Assembly (NCBI GenBank): GCA_030668825.1
Contig: DAOVET010000002.1
Location: 2,571 to 66,570, forward strand
Origin: Candidatus Heimdallarchaeota archaeon
GTDB lineage: Archaea > Asgardarchaeota > Heimdallarchaeia > Heimdallarchaeales > Heimdallarchaeaceae
DNA: 64,000 nt
Direction of reading: 5' to 3'
Shown: positions 19,021-28,797 of the stretch, piece by piece
Position numbering within the stretch: the first letter of the stretch is position 1
How the letters are laid out: each line of letters starts with the position of its first letter
The notes under the pieces: generated by a model
Told to the model about the DNA's origin: nothing
What the model saw: the letters and a program-made list of their open reading frames with translations, nothing else
Database searches by the model: none
Position numbers and translations under genes: made by a program

Positions 19021-20514
19021 TTACTTCTTCTTTCTCCTAAGTAAAACCATTGTAGCCACAAAAATTGATGTAATGAAGACAGGGATCATACCAAAAGCAT
19101 TTGTCGTTTCTGTTTCTGGAATCAAAATCCCAAGTATAGTATTATACTTTGTTTGAGCAAAATTTCTCCATTCTCCATCTTTTATTGCAGAAAAAGTTGC
19201 ATTCAATTGATATTGCGTATTCCAGTCTATAGATTCCTGCAAGGTCATTCCCGGTACTCCGAGATCTTCTATTAGTTCATTGAAGAATGTACTATTAATT
19301 TCACCATCTCTTAATTGTGTTACCATCTCACCCCAAGTATTTCTTAGCAGGGTGTGAAGTTGTTCAATTGTATTGTGGAAATAGTAAATGGTTGTAGCTA
19401 AGTTAGAAGTAGCAAGATCTTCGTCGAAGTCTATACCTACATTATCCAGTGTTTCATTGAATAGTAAGTATAAATCAGGTCTTAATTGTCCATCTGGGGT
19501 GTGAAAAGCATCTTCATTAACTGGTAATCGGTCTATACCTTCAGTTAACCAGATAGCTTGACCTTCTGGAGTATTTACGTATGTTAGAAACGCTGCAGCA
19601 GCATCATAGTCATCAACATTGATACCCATAGCGATAGGATCACCATTGACAATTGATTGACCTTGTGGGATTATGTACTCACAATCAAGATTCTCTCCCA
19701 TGGCTATTATTCCATAAAAGTCGATTGTCATAGCAATTCCCACTTCACCACTAACTACAGCAGCCCTTGTAGCTACTGATCCAGGATACATTCCTGAATT
19801 AGCACCCATTCTTGTCAGAATCGACCATCCTACATCCCAACCAAATGCTTGGAGGATAATTTGGTAAATTCTTGTATTGGATGTGGTTAAAGGTGGATCA
19901 CCCATACTAATAGCTTTAACACTAGGACTGATGTAATAAATTGGACTGGCTAATTCTTCCCAAGTTTTTGGTACTGGAAGAGCATGAGTGGTTAAGAAAT
20001 CATGATTAACAGTAAAACCAAAAGAAGAGATAGCATTTGCTGCCCAAACAAGACTTCCATTTGGTGCAAACGACTTCATACTTGCACCTGCTAATTCAGC
20101 AGGAACACTGTCGTTTATTGCTGTAAATAAAGCAGCATCAGTTACAGGATCAATGTGTTTTAACAAACCCCAATTATCCATAGTGTTGAACAAAGCTGGT
20201 CCACCACCCCATGCAAGATCCACAGATTTCGAAGGATCCTCTAGAAGTTTCTTCCATCCGGCATCTGTTGAAGCTTGTCTGAAATCAAATGAAGTAACAC
20301 CTAATGCAATCGCTTCTGGAGTCGCTAAGAAAGCAGCTTGAAATGCGTTTGTTAGAGTTGTATCATGTCGAGTAACAATGGTTAAGGTAACTGCATTAAG
20401 CTCTGGATTTGATGAGTTAGCAGTATCAACTTCAGCGTTAATCATAAAAACGGCTGAACCCATTGATATCGATGCAATTAAGAAAACTAGAATAGCTATT
20501 CTTTTTATATTCAT
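19021..20514 (-). CDS. ABC transporter extracellular solute-binding protein (family 1-like) with C-terminal TM anchor
   Basis: Signal/TM 'MNIKRIAILVFLIASISMGSAVF'. Periplasmic-binding-protein-like body. C-terminus 'TNAFGMIPVFITSIFVATMVLLRRKKK'. It lies directly upstream of the permease. Poly-T run downstream. Confidence 0.6.
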   Translation of the reverse strand: MNIKRIAILVFLIASISMGSAVFMINAEVDTANSSNPELNAVTLTIVTRHDTTLTNAFQAAFLATPEAIALGVTSFDFRQASTDAGWKKLLEDPSKSVDLAWGGGPALFNTMDNWGLLKHIDPVTDAALFTAINDSVPAELAGASMKSFAPNGSLVWAANAISSFGFTVNHDFLTTHALPVPKTWEELASPIYYISPSVKAISMGDPPLTTSNTRIYQIILQAFGWDVGWSILTRMGANSGMYPGSVATRAAVVSGEVGIAMTIDFYGIIAMGENLDCEYIIPQGQSIVNGDPIAMGINVDDYDAAAAFLTYVNTPEGQAIWLTEGIDRLPVNEDAFHTPDGQLRPDLYLLFNETLDNVGIDFDEDLATSNLATTIYYFHNTIEQLHTLLRNTWGEMVTQLRDGEINSTFFNELIEDLGVPGMTLQESIDWNTQYQLNATFSAIKDGEWRNFAQTKYNTILGILIPETETTNAFGMIPVFITSIFVATMVLLRRKKK

Positions 20515-20706
20515 TTTATAATCAACCTTCTTATTGATATCTAATAATATCAAATAATTATCTAGCATTCAGACTATAAAGTTTTTGCACTATTGATAAA
20601 AATGGTTTTTTAAGAAAAGCAATATGTAATAAATTCTTAACAATAGAAATAGCAATAAATTAACAATTATTACCAAAGAAATATAGCGCCCACAATTTTG
20701 ACATCT

Positions 20707-21180
20707 ATGGGAGTAGATTTTTCTACTTTAACTCCTGCATTTGATGGTGGAGCACAAACTGGAATCCCTTTCTGGGGTTTCGAAGACAATGATGTACCCG
20801 TTATCAAATTAGCTTCCTACAAATATCTTGACGGTCAATTTCAAGAATTAACTGAAGAAACTAAGATTGCAGATGTTTTCAATATTAGTTTATCAACTTT
20901 TGATTGGTGTAACGAATTAGTAGGTGAACTAGAAGTTGAAGGTCTAATTTTTGAATCTATAAATTCAAAATGGTCAAATGTCTGGTTTTCTAATATTGAT
21001 CTAACAGAGCTAAAAAATGGAGAAAAAACTTTTCATTTCACAGTAACTGATCCATTTGGAAATATCGGAACTTATGATATAACAACCAATTTAAAACAAG
21101 CCTCAATATCGACATGGCTCTCAATTACAGTTTTTCTTGTAATTGTAACTTATCTCGTTCTAAAACGAAGAAAAAAATAA
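20707..21180 (+). CDS. small C-terminally anchored protein lacking an N-terminal signal peptide (possible gene remnant)
   Basis: Begins 'MGVDFSTLTPAFDGG' with no hydrophobic N-terminus. Ends 'ISTWLSITVFLVIVTYLVLKRRKK'. Confidence 0.4.
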   Translation: MGVDFSTLTPAFDGGAQTGIPFWGFEDNDVPVIKLASYKYLDGQFQELTEETKIADVFNISLSTFDWCNELVGELEVEGLIFESINSKWSNVWFSNIDLTELKNGEKTFHFTVTDPFGNIGTYDITTNLKQASISTWLSITVFLVIVTYLVLKRRKK

Positions 21181-21200
21181 CTTTCTTTTTTCTTATTTTT

Positions 21201-22802
21201 CTAATGAAAATTTACTTTTTTCTGTTCATATCCTATTTTATTTCCATTATCATCTTGAAATATCAATTCAATGAATGTGGGACCTAAAAAGTTTGTAGCA
21301 GGAATTTCAACCATTTTAGGTTCATGAGAGTTAGCTTCTAAGAGCATTGGATAAAGGTGATTGGTATATATTCCACCTCTCGTAAAAGATACTCTCAGAG
21401 TTCCTATTATTCCTTCCTCACTACGATTATATAGATGAACTGGGATACTGAAAGGTTTGTGAATTGGTGCTGTATCTGATGTTGTTACTCTTATTTCAAT
21501 GGTTTTATCTTGTTTGTCCAGATCCAAGCTTGGTAATGAAAACTTCCAGTTGAGGTTTTCGAACATAGTACCTTTAGTTTTCTCGTAATCTTCATTACTA
21601 GTTCTCTTCTTTCCCTCAGCTAAGCCTTTATCCCACTTGACTTCTTTGTGAGCATGTATGGATATTTCGTGTTGATTCATATCATCATAACTGTAACGCA
21701 CTTCTCTGATGTTTGAATCCCCTAAAGTATTTCCTCTCTGCAAGATTATGCAACTAGGATTTCTATACAAATATCTAAAATCGTGTTGCAAAGTAGGGTC
21801 TATTGGGAACCAAATGCCATTTGCAAAAAACTCAGCTTGTGAGTGATGAACCCAGCCTTCATATTCACTTAGGATGATACTTGTAGTTAATCTAGCGGGA
21901 ACATTACCTGCTCTACATAAACTTACGAATAGGGATGAAAATTCTGTACAATCTCCTAATTTGTTTTCTATTGCGTATGTAGCCCCATAATCTCCATCTT
22001 GGGGAACATAGACTAAATTCTCCTTTACATACTTCAAAAAAGCTAAAACTTTACTTAGTGGAGGATGGGAAAGGTATTTTTTTGCTATATTAACAATGCT
22101 TTCATTAGAGGATTCAAGAAATGGTTCGGATTTAGTATATTTCTGGTAGACCTGAGGATAAAGGGTTTCGATATTTTTTTCTTCACCTCTTAAACGTGTA
22201 ATATCGTAAGCAACCAAACGAGTAACGATATCTGCTTTATACGCAATAGTTATCTTTTCTCTAGGATTAATTTGATGAAAATAAAATCTTAGCCATCGAT
22301 TCCCATCATTATCAGTAATTAGTTTTGTTGGCTTGTGATTGCTCTCAGCGTTCAATACCTGCTGAATAGGAGAGATAGATGGCGGAATCATAACATCAAG
22401 AACAAAGTTGTTCAGAGGAAAATTATTTGGATTTTTTAGTTGAACTCCATAGAATAGAATCCAGCGATAAATCAAATGTTTATTTGTACGGATATTTACC
22501 TTTTCTCTTATTTTATAATCTCCTTCAATTTGGAGAAAATAGGTACCAGAATATAAATCAGGAGTTATTGGAAACGAGTAAATTTTCTGTAAGCCTGTTT
22601 CTTCTAATCTTACTTGATCAGAATCGATAATAGTACCAATGGGAGAAATTAGGAGAATGTGCAATTTCTGATTTTTTCTACTCCCCACAAAAGGAACAGC
22701 TTCCTCTTTACCTGAGATTAATATACTGTCCCCTATCTCTAAAGCCAAATCACTAGATAAAGGTCTTGCCTTATTCTGTTTAACATGAACAATATTAATC
22801 AT
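21201..22802 (-). CDS. transglutaminase-like superfamily protein (Cys-His-Asp core)
   Basis: 'KLGDCTEFSSLFVSLCRAGNVPARL' (catalytic Cys) and '...HHSQAEFFANGIWFPIDPT' (His/Asp). Confidence 0.6.
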   Translation of the reverse strand: MINIVHVKQNKARPLSSDLALEIGDSILISGKEEAVPFVGSRKNQKLHILLISPIGTIIDSDQVRLEETGLQKIYSFPITPDLYSGTYFLQIEGDYKIREKVNIRTNKHLIYRWILFYGVQLKNPNNFPLNNFVLDVMIPPSISPIQQVLNAESNHKPTKLITDNDGNRWLRFYFHQINPREKITIAYKADIVTRLVAYDITRLRGEEKNIETLYPQVYQKYTKSEPFLESSNESIVNIAKKYLSHPPLSKVLAFLKYVKENLVYVPQDGDYGATYAIENKLGDCTEFSSLFVSLCRAGNVPARLTTSIILSEYEGWVHHSQAEFFANGIWFPIDPTLQHDFRYLYRNPSCIILQRGNTLGDSNIREVRYSYDDMNQHEISIHAHKEVKWDKGLAEGKKRTSNEDYEKTKGTMFENLNWKFSLPSLDLDKQDKTIEIRVTTSDTAPIHKPFSIPVHLYNRSEEGIIGTLRVSFTRGGIYTNHLYPMLLEANSHEPKMVEIPATNFLGPTFIELIFQDDNGNKIGYEQKKVNFH

Positions 22803-23073
22803 GTGAAGCCACTACTTAGTAATGCAAATCGGCAAAGGATTATTGTACTTATACCTGTTCCTGCTATCAAAACTAGCTCAAAAATTTAATTTAAATATAC
22901 GTATTATTGTCGGAGTGTCTGAAGTAACTGTTTTCTCTATTTCCCCAATTCATTCCAATTATTGAAATAAACTGTATTCTGGGGATTTATAGTTTTTAGT
23001 CTTATTTTTGTCGGGAATCCCGTTTCAATTTTTTAATCAGAAAAGTTTAATTAGGAGAATATTTCTGTATTAA

Positions 23074-23089
23074 GTGCACAACTGTGCAC
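23074..23089. promoter_or_regulatory. palindrome GTGCAC-AACT-GTGCAC 11 nt upstream of the ATG at 23100 (candidate operator)
   Basis: Perfect inverted repeat read directly from the sequence. It contains the TGTGCA core also found upstream of the wHTH gene at 57624-57641. Confidence 0.25.
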
Positions 23090-23099
23090 GGTGAAATAA

Positions 23100-24113
23100 A
23101 TGAAAAGAAAATATATTTTCAGTTTAATTCTAATTGTGGGAATGATTACCGGCATGACAACAACAAATGCATATACTACTACACTTGATTTCACTGGTGT
23201 AACAATCGCATTTGATATCTCTCATGGAGGTTATCACACAACAGAAGCAGACTTAGCTCCCATAATAGGTAATTTAACAGCTGCAGGTAACACAGTTATC
23301 TACATTAATGAAACTTGGGGAATACCCGATAATGTAGCCGCTTTATTCCTAACACAATCAGACGACAATTATACAGCTGCTGAACGAGCAGATATTAAAA
23401 CTTGGTTTGAATTAGGAGATAAATTACTCTGGGTAGCTGGAGACTCTGATTTTGGTGGTTACTACAATCCATGGTCAATAAATCAAGTTCTTGGAACCTT
23501 AGGTGCTATAGTCAGAATGGCTGGTGTTTCAATTGAAGATTCAGTATACCACGATGGGTCAGCCTATCGTACTGCTCCAAATCAAATTGGTTATGGAAAT
23601 GCATTATATGATGATTTAGCTGTCGAACTTACAACTGGTATGACTGCTGGTATAATCGCACATGGTCCAACTGCAATTATGGCATGGAATGGATTTGATT
23701 ACAGAGATCTAAGATTAGGAAAATCAGTCTTTCCACTAAAAGTTAATGTGATTATGACTTACAGTGAAAACGCAACTGCTATTGATTCAGATACTAGCGA
23801 GGGCGTTTTAGACATATATGCTGGAACAACTGGAGGACTCTACCCAGCTGTTGTACATGAAAACATGACTGATGTTGGAAGTCACATAATCGCTACAAGT
23901 GAAGCTATCTATACAAACTACAAGTTTATGTATGGACAAAACACCGAAAATGGCGTATACAATAATGGTACTCACTATGGTCAAATGTTAGTTAATAACA
24001 TCCTCAACTACTTCGTAGTTGAACCAGAAGAACCAACCAAAACCAATGCATTTGCTCTAATTCCATTAGCTGCAATTGGTGTAATTTACGCTATTTCCCG
24101 CAGAAAGAAATAA
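23100..24113 (+). CDS. secreted protein with signal peptide and C-terminal TM plus RRKK anchor
   Basis: 'MKRKYIFSLILIVGMITGMTTTNA' signal. C-terminus 'TKTNAFALIPLAAIGVIYAISRRKK'. Followed by a poly-T terminator. Confidence 0.5.
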   Translation: MKRKYIFSLILIVGMITGMTTTNAYTTTLDFTGVTIAFDISHGGYHTTEADLAPIIGNLTAAGNTVIYINETWGIPDNVAALFLTQSDDNYTAAERADIKTWFELGDKLLWVAGDSDFGGYYNPWSINQVLGTLGAIVRMAGVSIEDSVYHDGSAYRTAPNQIGYGNALYDDLAVELTTGMTAGIIAHGPTAIMAWNGFDYRDLRLGKSVFPLKVNVIMTYSENATAIDSDTSEGVLDIYAGTTGGLYPAVVHENMTDVGSHIIATSEAIYTNYKFMYGQNTENGVYNNGTHYGQMLVNNILNYFVVEPEEPTKTNAFALIPLAAIGVIYAISRRKK

Positions 24114-24118
24114 TCCAC

Positions 24119-24146
24119 TTCTTTTCTTTTTTCTTTTTCTTTTAGT
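24119..24146 (+). terminator. poly-T terminator
   Basis: 'TTCTTTTCTTTTTTCTTTTTCTTTTAG' after the stop at 24111-24113. Confidence 0.4.
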
Positions 24147-24200
24147 TTAAAGTAAATCCCTATGGGAAGATATTTTTGAGGAAATAATTTTTCATCTAAA

Positions 24201-24665
24201 TTGTTAAATATCAATTTCTTAAATGATAATTGTAATAAAAGAGTGAGAAACATGGTTATCATATGGGGTTACACACCTTCTGAAGCTCTACCAAATAGCA
24301 AAATCATTGGAGAAGGAGTTAACGAAATCAAGCAGCTATTTTCAGCTATACTTTTTAAAACTGGAATTAAGGGAATTTGTGTAAATCTAGAAGGAATCTC
24401 AAAAAAACCTGTTGTTAAACTAAGTTTGGTGATTGATTCTGAATCAATCTATGAAACTAGTTTTTCACCAGAAAGAGCAAGAGAATACTCATACGAATTG
24501 GATGAGACAGTTTTTCCCAAAACAAAAATAGAGGTTGTGATGTCGGTTTCCAATGGATCAGTTGAAGTTGCTATTTCTCCAATTGGAATAGGAATGGGGT
24601 TTCAAAAACAGGATGGTGAATTTGTTCCAACAAATCACTTAGCTCTAGGCGTAATTATTCTTTAA
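24201..24665 (+). CDS. hypothetical protein (154 aa)
   Basis: ORF only. An alternative start is at 24252. Confidence 0.3.
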   Translation: MLNINFLNDNCNKRVRNMVIIWGYTPSEALPNSKIIGEGVNEIKQLFSAILFKTGIKGICVNLEGISKKPVVKLSLVIDSESIYETSFSPERAREYSYELDETVFPKTKIEVVMSVSNGSVEVAISPIGIGMGFQKQDGEFVPTNHLALGVIIL

Positions 24666-25168
24666 TACTCTAGTTTCTTTCTCATTGATAGTAATTTAAC
24701 AGAATAACCCAAATTCTCGTAAAATTCCGCACCACCTTCATTCAGAAGATGCACATACAACGTTAATTCATCAGCTTGATTCTCTCTAGCAAAATCCTTC
24801 TCGAATTTTGCCATCAGTTTCGTACCTATTCCTTGTCGTCTAAAACTTTCAAATACTGCTATGTCTGAGATATGAGCTATTACTCGTTTCTTGAAGAAAC
24901 CTGAATGTTTCTTTGTATAACCAAACAAGAACCCAATTATTTCTTCTTCTACTTTAGCCACATAAACTATTTGCGTTGGCTCATGTAATGCTTTTGAGAC
25001 CATAAAACTGAAGTTTATTTTTCCATCTTTATCTAAGGTAAAATCCTCATCGATTTGTGAATGCCAATCTATAGTCTCAACCCAGATATTTACAATGTCT
25101 TTGACATCCTCTTTTTTTGCCTTTGATATTTTTACTTCTCTTAGGGCATCTGTTTTTGGGTTCATCAT
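24662..25168 (-). CDS. GNAT family N-acetyltransferase
   Basis: Acetyl-CoA binding motif 'RRQGIGTKLMAKFE'. Size is 168 aa. Confidence 0.75.
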   Translation of the reverse strand: MMNPKTDALREVKISKAKKEDVKDIVNIWVETIDWHSQIDEDFTLDKDGKINFSFMVSKALHEPTQIVYVAKVEEEIIGFLFGYTKKHSGFFKKRVIAHISDIAVFESFRRQGIGTKLMAKFEKDFARENQADELTLYVHLLNEGGAEFYENLGYSVKLLSMRKKLEY

Positions 25169-25320
25169 ATGATAGTATACTTACTAGTTTCTATTTTTTG
25201 CTATAGGTAAGACTCAAGAAATTTGTTTAGAAGATAGTGAGCAATCTTTTTATTATTCATTTTTTTACTCGTCTATTAGTACTTATGGAACATTAGAATT
25301 ATGTATAGGTGAAGTAATTC

Positions 25321-26577
25321 ATGTTGATAAATAACCCAACAAAAAAAGTTGATTATAAAGAGAGAGATTTGTCAAATATTCTCAAATTTAGAGAGAAAAA
25401 ATTTATCACAGATTTAGATGTTTTCAATAAGCAAGTGTTAGTAAGAGTCGATTACAATGTTCCAATTGATAAGAATGGGAAAATTACAGATACAAGAAGA
25501 ATATCAAATACTTTACCAACTCTTAACTATTTGCTAAAAGAGAAGTGCAGAATAATTCTGATTTCACATCTAGGAAGACCTGATGGAAAAGTTGTAGAAT
25601 CTCTTAGAATGGACCCCATTCATAAGAAATTGAAGGAGTTCTTTCCAGAAACCAATGTCTACAAAGTAGATGACTGTATTGGGAAAGAAGTGGAAAGCAA
25701 AGCTTCCAAGTTGAAGAACGAAGAAATACTTCTTCTGGAAAATCCGAGATTCCACAAAGAAGAAAAAGATAATGATCCAGAATTTGCAGCAAAATTGGCT
25801 AAACTAGCTGATGTCTATGTAGACGATGCTTTTGCTACTGCTCATAGAAAACAAGCTTCGACTTATGGGGTTTGTTCATTTTTCAAAGAGAAGGGATATG
25901 GTTTTCTTGTAGAAAAAGAGTTGAAATTCTTGTCATCCAGTATAGAAAAACCTCAAAGACCATTTACAGTAATTTTAGGAGGAAAAAAAGTTAAAGACAA
26001 ACTTGGAGTGATAAAGAATCTAATTGGTTTAGCAGATAATATCTTGATTGGGGGCGGTATGGCTTATACATTCCTTCTAGCTAAAGGATATCAAATTGGG
26101 AAATCTGTCAAGGATTTATCTAAACTTGAAGAGATCAGAGATTATCTCAGAGATGAAACTCATGGAACTAGAATTTTCATCCCAAAAGATGTGCTAGTAT
26201 GCGATGAAATTGAAAATCCAAAGAAAATAAAAATTGTTCCGGTAACTGAAATTGGAGAAAATGATATAGGCGTAGATATTGGTCCTGAAACCATCAAAAT
26301 TTTTAATCGCATCTTAGCAGAATCAAAACAAGTTGTATGGAATGGACCTATGGGTGTTTTTGAACAGAAAGAATTTGAAAATGGAACAAAAGAAATAGCT
26401 AGATATTTAGCTGAAAGCGATATTGTTACGATTATTGGTGGGGGAGATAGTGCTGCAGCAATTGAGAAATTTGATTATCAAGACAATATGTCATTCATTT
26501 CTACCGGTGGGGGTGCAAGCCTTGATGTTATGCGAGGTGCCCTTTTACCTGCAATCGATTGTTTATCAGATAAGTGA
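25321..26577 (+). CDS. pgk: phosphoglycerate kinase
   Basis: 'VLVRVDYNVPIDKNGKITDTRRI', 'GGGMAYTFLLAKG', 'WNGPMGVFE' and 'GGGDSAAA' PGK motifs. Confidence 0.9.
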   Translation: MLINNPTKKVDYKERDLSNILKFREKKFITDLDVFNKQVLVRVDYNVPIDKNGKITDTRRISNTLPTLNYLLKEKCRIILISHLGRPDGKVVESLRMDPIHKKLKEFFPETNVYKVDDCIGKEVESKASKLKNEEILLLENPRFHKEEKDNDPEFAAKLAKLADVYVDDAFATAHRKQASTYGVCSFFKEKGYGFLVEKELKFLSSSIEKPQRPFTVILGGKKVKDKLGVIKNLIGLADNILIGGGMAYTFLLAKGYQIGKSVKDLSKLEEIRDYLRDETHGTRIFIPKDVLVCDEIENPKKIKIVPVTEIGENDIGVDIGPETIKIFNRILAESKQVVWNGPMGVFEQKEFENGTKEIARYLAESDIVTIIGGGDSAAAIEKFDYQDNMSFISTGGGASLDVMRGALLPAIDCLSDK

Positions 26578-28167
26578 TTAAAACATCCATATGAAATATA
26601 ACAAGAGAGAAACAATAGCTCCCATAATAATACTAAAAAGATTAACAAAATCATTTCTTAGCCATTTAACACCAGAATAATATTCTGTCTCCACTTCACA
26701 ATGTACTTTTTTCTCTGTAATTTTTTCACATATAGTACATCTGTTTAGTTTCTGAATGGTACAAGCAAAAATACTATCAAAATATGAACCTATTAAACCA
26801 CCCACTATTACGGGAATGATGAACGCCCACATTGAAGTAGGGAATACAGTAAAATTATCAATGAAGCTAACTCCAAATCCTGAGAATGCAATAATTACTG
26901 CTCCTAAGACTGAAGCTAAAAGACCTAGTATTGATACAGCGCCAGGTGATCCCTGTTCAGCTTTAATCCATGGTTTGATAGATGACCTTGGTTTGAATTT
27001 AGATAAAGCACCAATTTCTGTTCCAAGAGTATCAGCTAAACTAACAGCAATTGCCCCTCCAGCAATAACAGTGATAATGGGGTCTCTAAAAAGTATCACT
27101 AAGAAAGCTAAAAATGCGGGTAAAACGCTATTGACCATTGCTTGAACGCTATCTCTTCGAGTATCACCCTTCTCAAATTCTTGACTTATGGATTTCTTCT
27201 TGTTTTTTCCAAGAAAAGTAGTTAAACTTCCAAGAACAAAAAATGTGATATACATAACTCCCCATGTCCACGAACCAAGACCAAGAATTACTAAACCAAA
27301 GTATAAACCAGCTAATGCTCCATCCCAGGTTAATGCCTTAAGAATGATTCCAGAAACAGCTAATAACAAACCAACAGCTGCTCCCGCTATTATGGCATTA
27401 TTTGATAGTGATGAAACAAAGGAAAACGAAGTTTTATACAGAATAAACAATACAATTGCATTTGCGGCTGGAACTGCAATATTATCAAATCCTTTAGGAG
27501 TTAATGCTTCAACAAAAGCTGTAATAAAACCAGTCAACAATCCAAGATAAACAGATAATACAACCGTTTGAGATAGGATCAAACAACTGATTGTAACTGC
27601 TCCAAAGGTTGCAAATGCAGCAGACCAACTTCCTAGTAATGTTTTTGTCCCTCCCCAAATATTGTATGCTTTGTCATTTCCAAACTTAGAGCCTATTACA
27701 GCACTTATTCCATCCCCCCAAACTAAAGGCATGAATGCTCCAAAAAGAATGATATTTGTTGGATTGGTTTTATCTGGACTGAAGAATAAAACAACCAGAG
27801 TAGTTAAAGAAATTGCATAAAAAACTGTACCATAAGTATGTCCTTCGCTTACACCTTTTAATCGGAATTTCTTAATCGGGGAGCCAGGACCTGTAAAATA
27901 AGTGAAGGGAATAAAGAAAACCGGTCCTATCATTGCAAACCATATATTGGTAAAAACAAAAGGAAATAAGAGAACTACATTCCCTACAGATAGATGAACA
28001 ATTTTCCTTGAGGTGCTTCCTGATACTTTATCTTTTCTTCTTAGAATTTCAGCGATGAAAAGTGAAAGGAGAACAAAGACAAAAAGTGCTGCTAAACCAA
28101 TGATGTCAGAAATTGCTATTTTAGTAGGTAATGAGAAATCCAATTTATTTCCTCTTTTAATTCTCAA
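26578..28167 (-). CDS. polytopic membrane protein: CTP-dependent polyprenol/dolichol-kinase-like N-terminal region fused to a DUF92/TMEM19-like domain, with C-terminal Cys cluster
   Basis: More than 12 predicted TM helices. 'SRKIVHLSVGNV' motif. C-terminal 'CTICEKITEKKVHCE'. Confidence 0.35.
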   Translation of the reverse strand: MRIKRGNKLDFSLPTKIAISDIIGLAALFVFVLLSLFIAEILRRKDKVSGSTSRKIVHLSVGNVVLLFPFVFTNIWFAMIGPVFFIPFTYFTGPGSPIKKFRLKGVSEGHTYGTVFYAISLTTLVVLFFSPDKTNPTNIILFGAFMPLVWGDGISAVIGSKFGNDKAYNIWGGTKTLLGSWSAAFATFGAVTISCLILSQTVVLSVYLGLLTGFITAFVEALTPKGFDNIAVPAANAIVLFILYKTSFSFVSSLSNNAIIAGAAVGLLLAVSGIILKALTWDGALAGLYFGLVILGLGSWTWGVMYITFFVLGSLTTFLGKNKKKSISQEFEKGDTRRDSVQAMVNSVLPAFLAFLVILFRDPIITVIAGGAIAVSLADTLGTEIGALSKFKPRSSIKPWIKAEQGSPGAVSILGLLASVLGAVIIAFSGFGVSFIDNFTVFPTSMWAFIIPVIVGGLIGSYFDSIFACTIQKLNRCTICEKITEKKVHCEVETEYYSGVKWLRNDFVNLFSIIMGAIVSLLLYFIWMF

Positions 28168-28197
28168 TTACTTCAGAGATAGCAAGTCATTAAAAAT

Positions 28198-28797
28198 CTA
28201 CTGCTCGCTAAATGCATCTCCTTTATTAAAGCTCTCTACTGCTTTTGCTCTATCAACAGCATCAACCATTCCATCACATCTGGGATGATAAAACTGATCG
28301 CAGTTTCTACAAACTTGTTCATTCTTCCTATTTCTAAATCCAGTAAAATAAGCTCTGCTTGTAAAGTAGAGAAAGAGAGTTATGAGAATGACTGCAAACG
28401 CCCACCAATTCATTGCCTGAGCAAGGGTAACTATAGAAAGAATGATCGATAAACCTGCTGAAATCATAGCAATTCCAAGAAGGAAACGACATATGTCTTT
28501 AATTAAACGAGGAGGTTCAAGAAACGCACTAATGGGGGTAAAAATGAATAAAGACACTGTGGCAACAAAAGCCATCCAGAATGTTACTTTAAGAACAAAA
28601 ACCATTATAGGTGCTAGAATCAAACCAGCAATCATCCCGCCATAGAGATTAATACATCCTCTACATACTTTGTGACCCCTTATTATATACATGTGATCAT
28701 CGAAATTCTTACACAATGGATGATGAGCTAATCTATATGGGGAAAGCATCCACTTTTCTCGTCTAGACATCTTTTCTTTCTGCTTCATCTTTATCAC
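28198..28797 (-). CDS. membrane protein with flanking CxxC pairs (DUF2085-like)
   Basis: 'HPLCKNFDDHMYIIRGHKVCRGC' at the N-terminus, 'CRNCDQFYHPRCDG' at the C-terminus, and 4 TM helices between. The start may be internal (28749), avoiding overlap with the TPR gene. Confidence 0.4.
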   Translation of the reverse strand: MIKMKQKEKMSRREKWMLSPYRLAHHPLCKNFDDHMYIIRGHKVCRGCINLYGGMIAGLILAPIMVFVLKVTFWMAFVATVSLFIFTPISAFLEPPRLIKDICRFLLGIAMISAGLSIILSIVTLAQAMNWWAFAVILITLFLYFTSRAYFTGFRNRKNEQVCRNCDQFYHPRCDGMVDAVDRAKAVESFNKGDAFSEQ

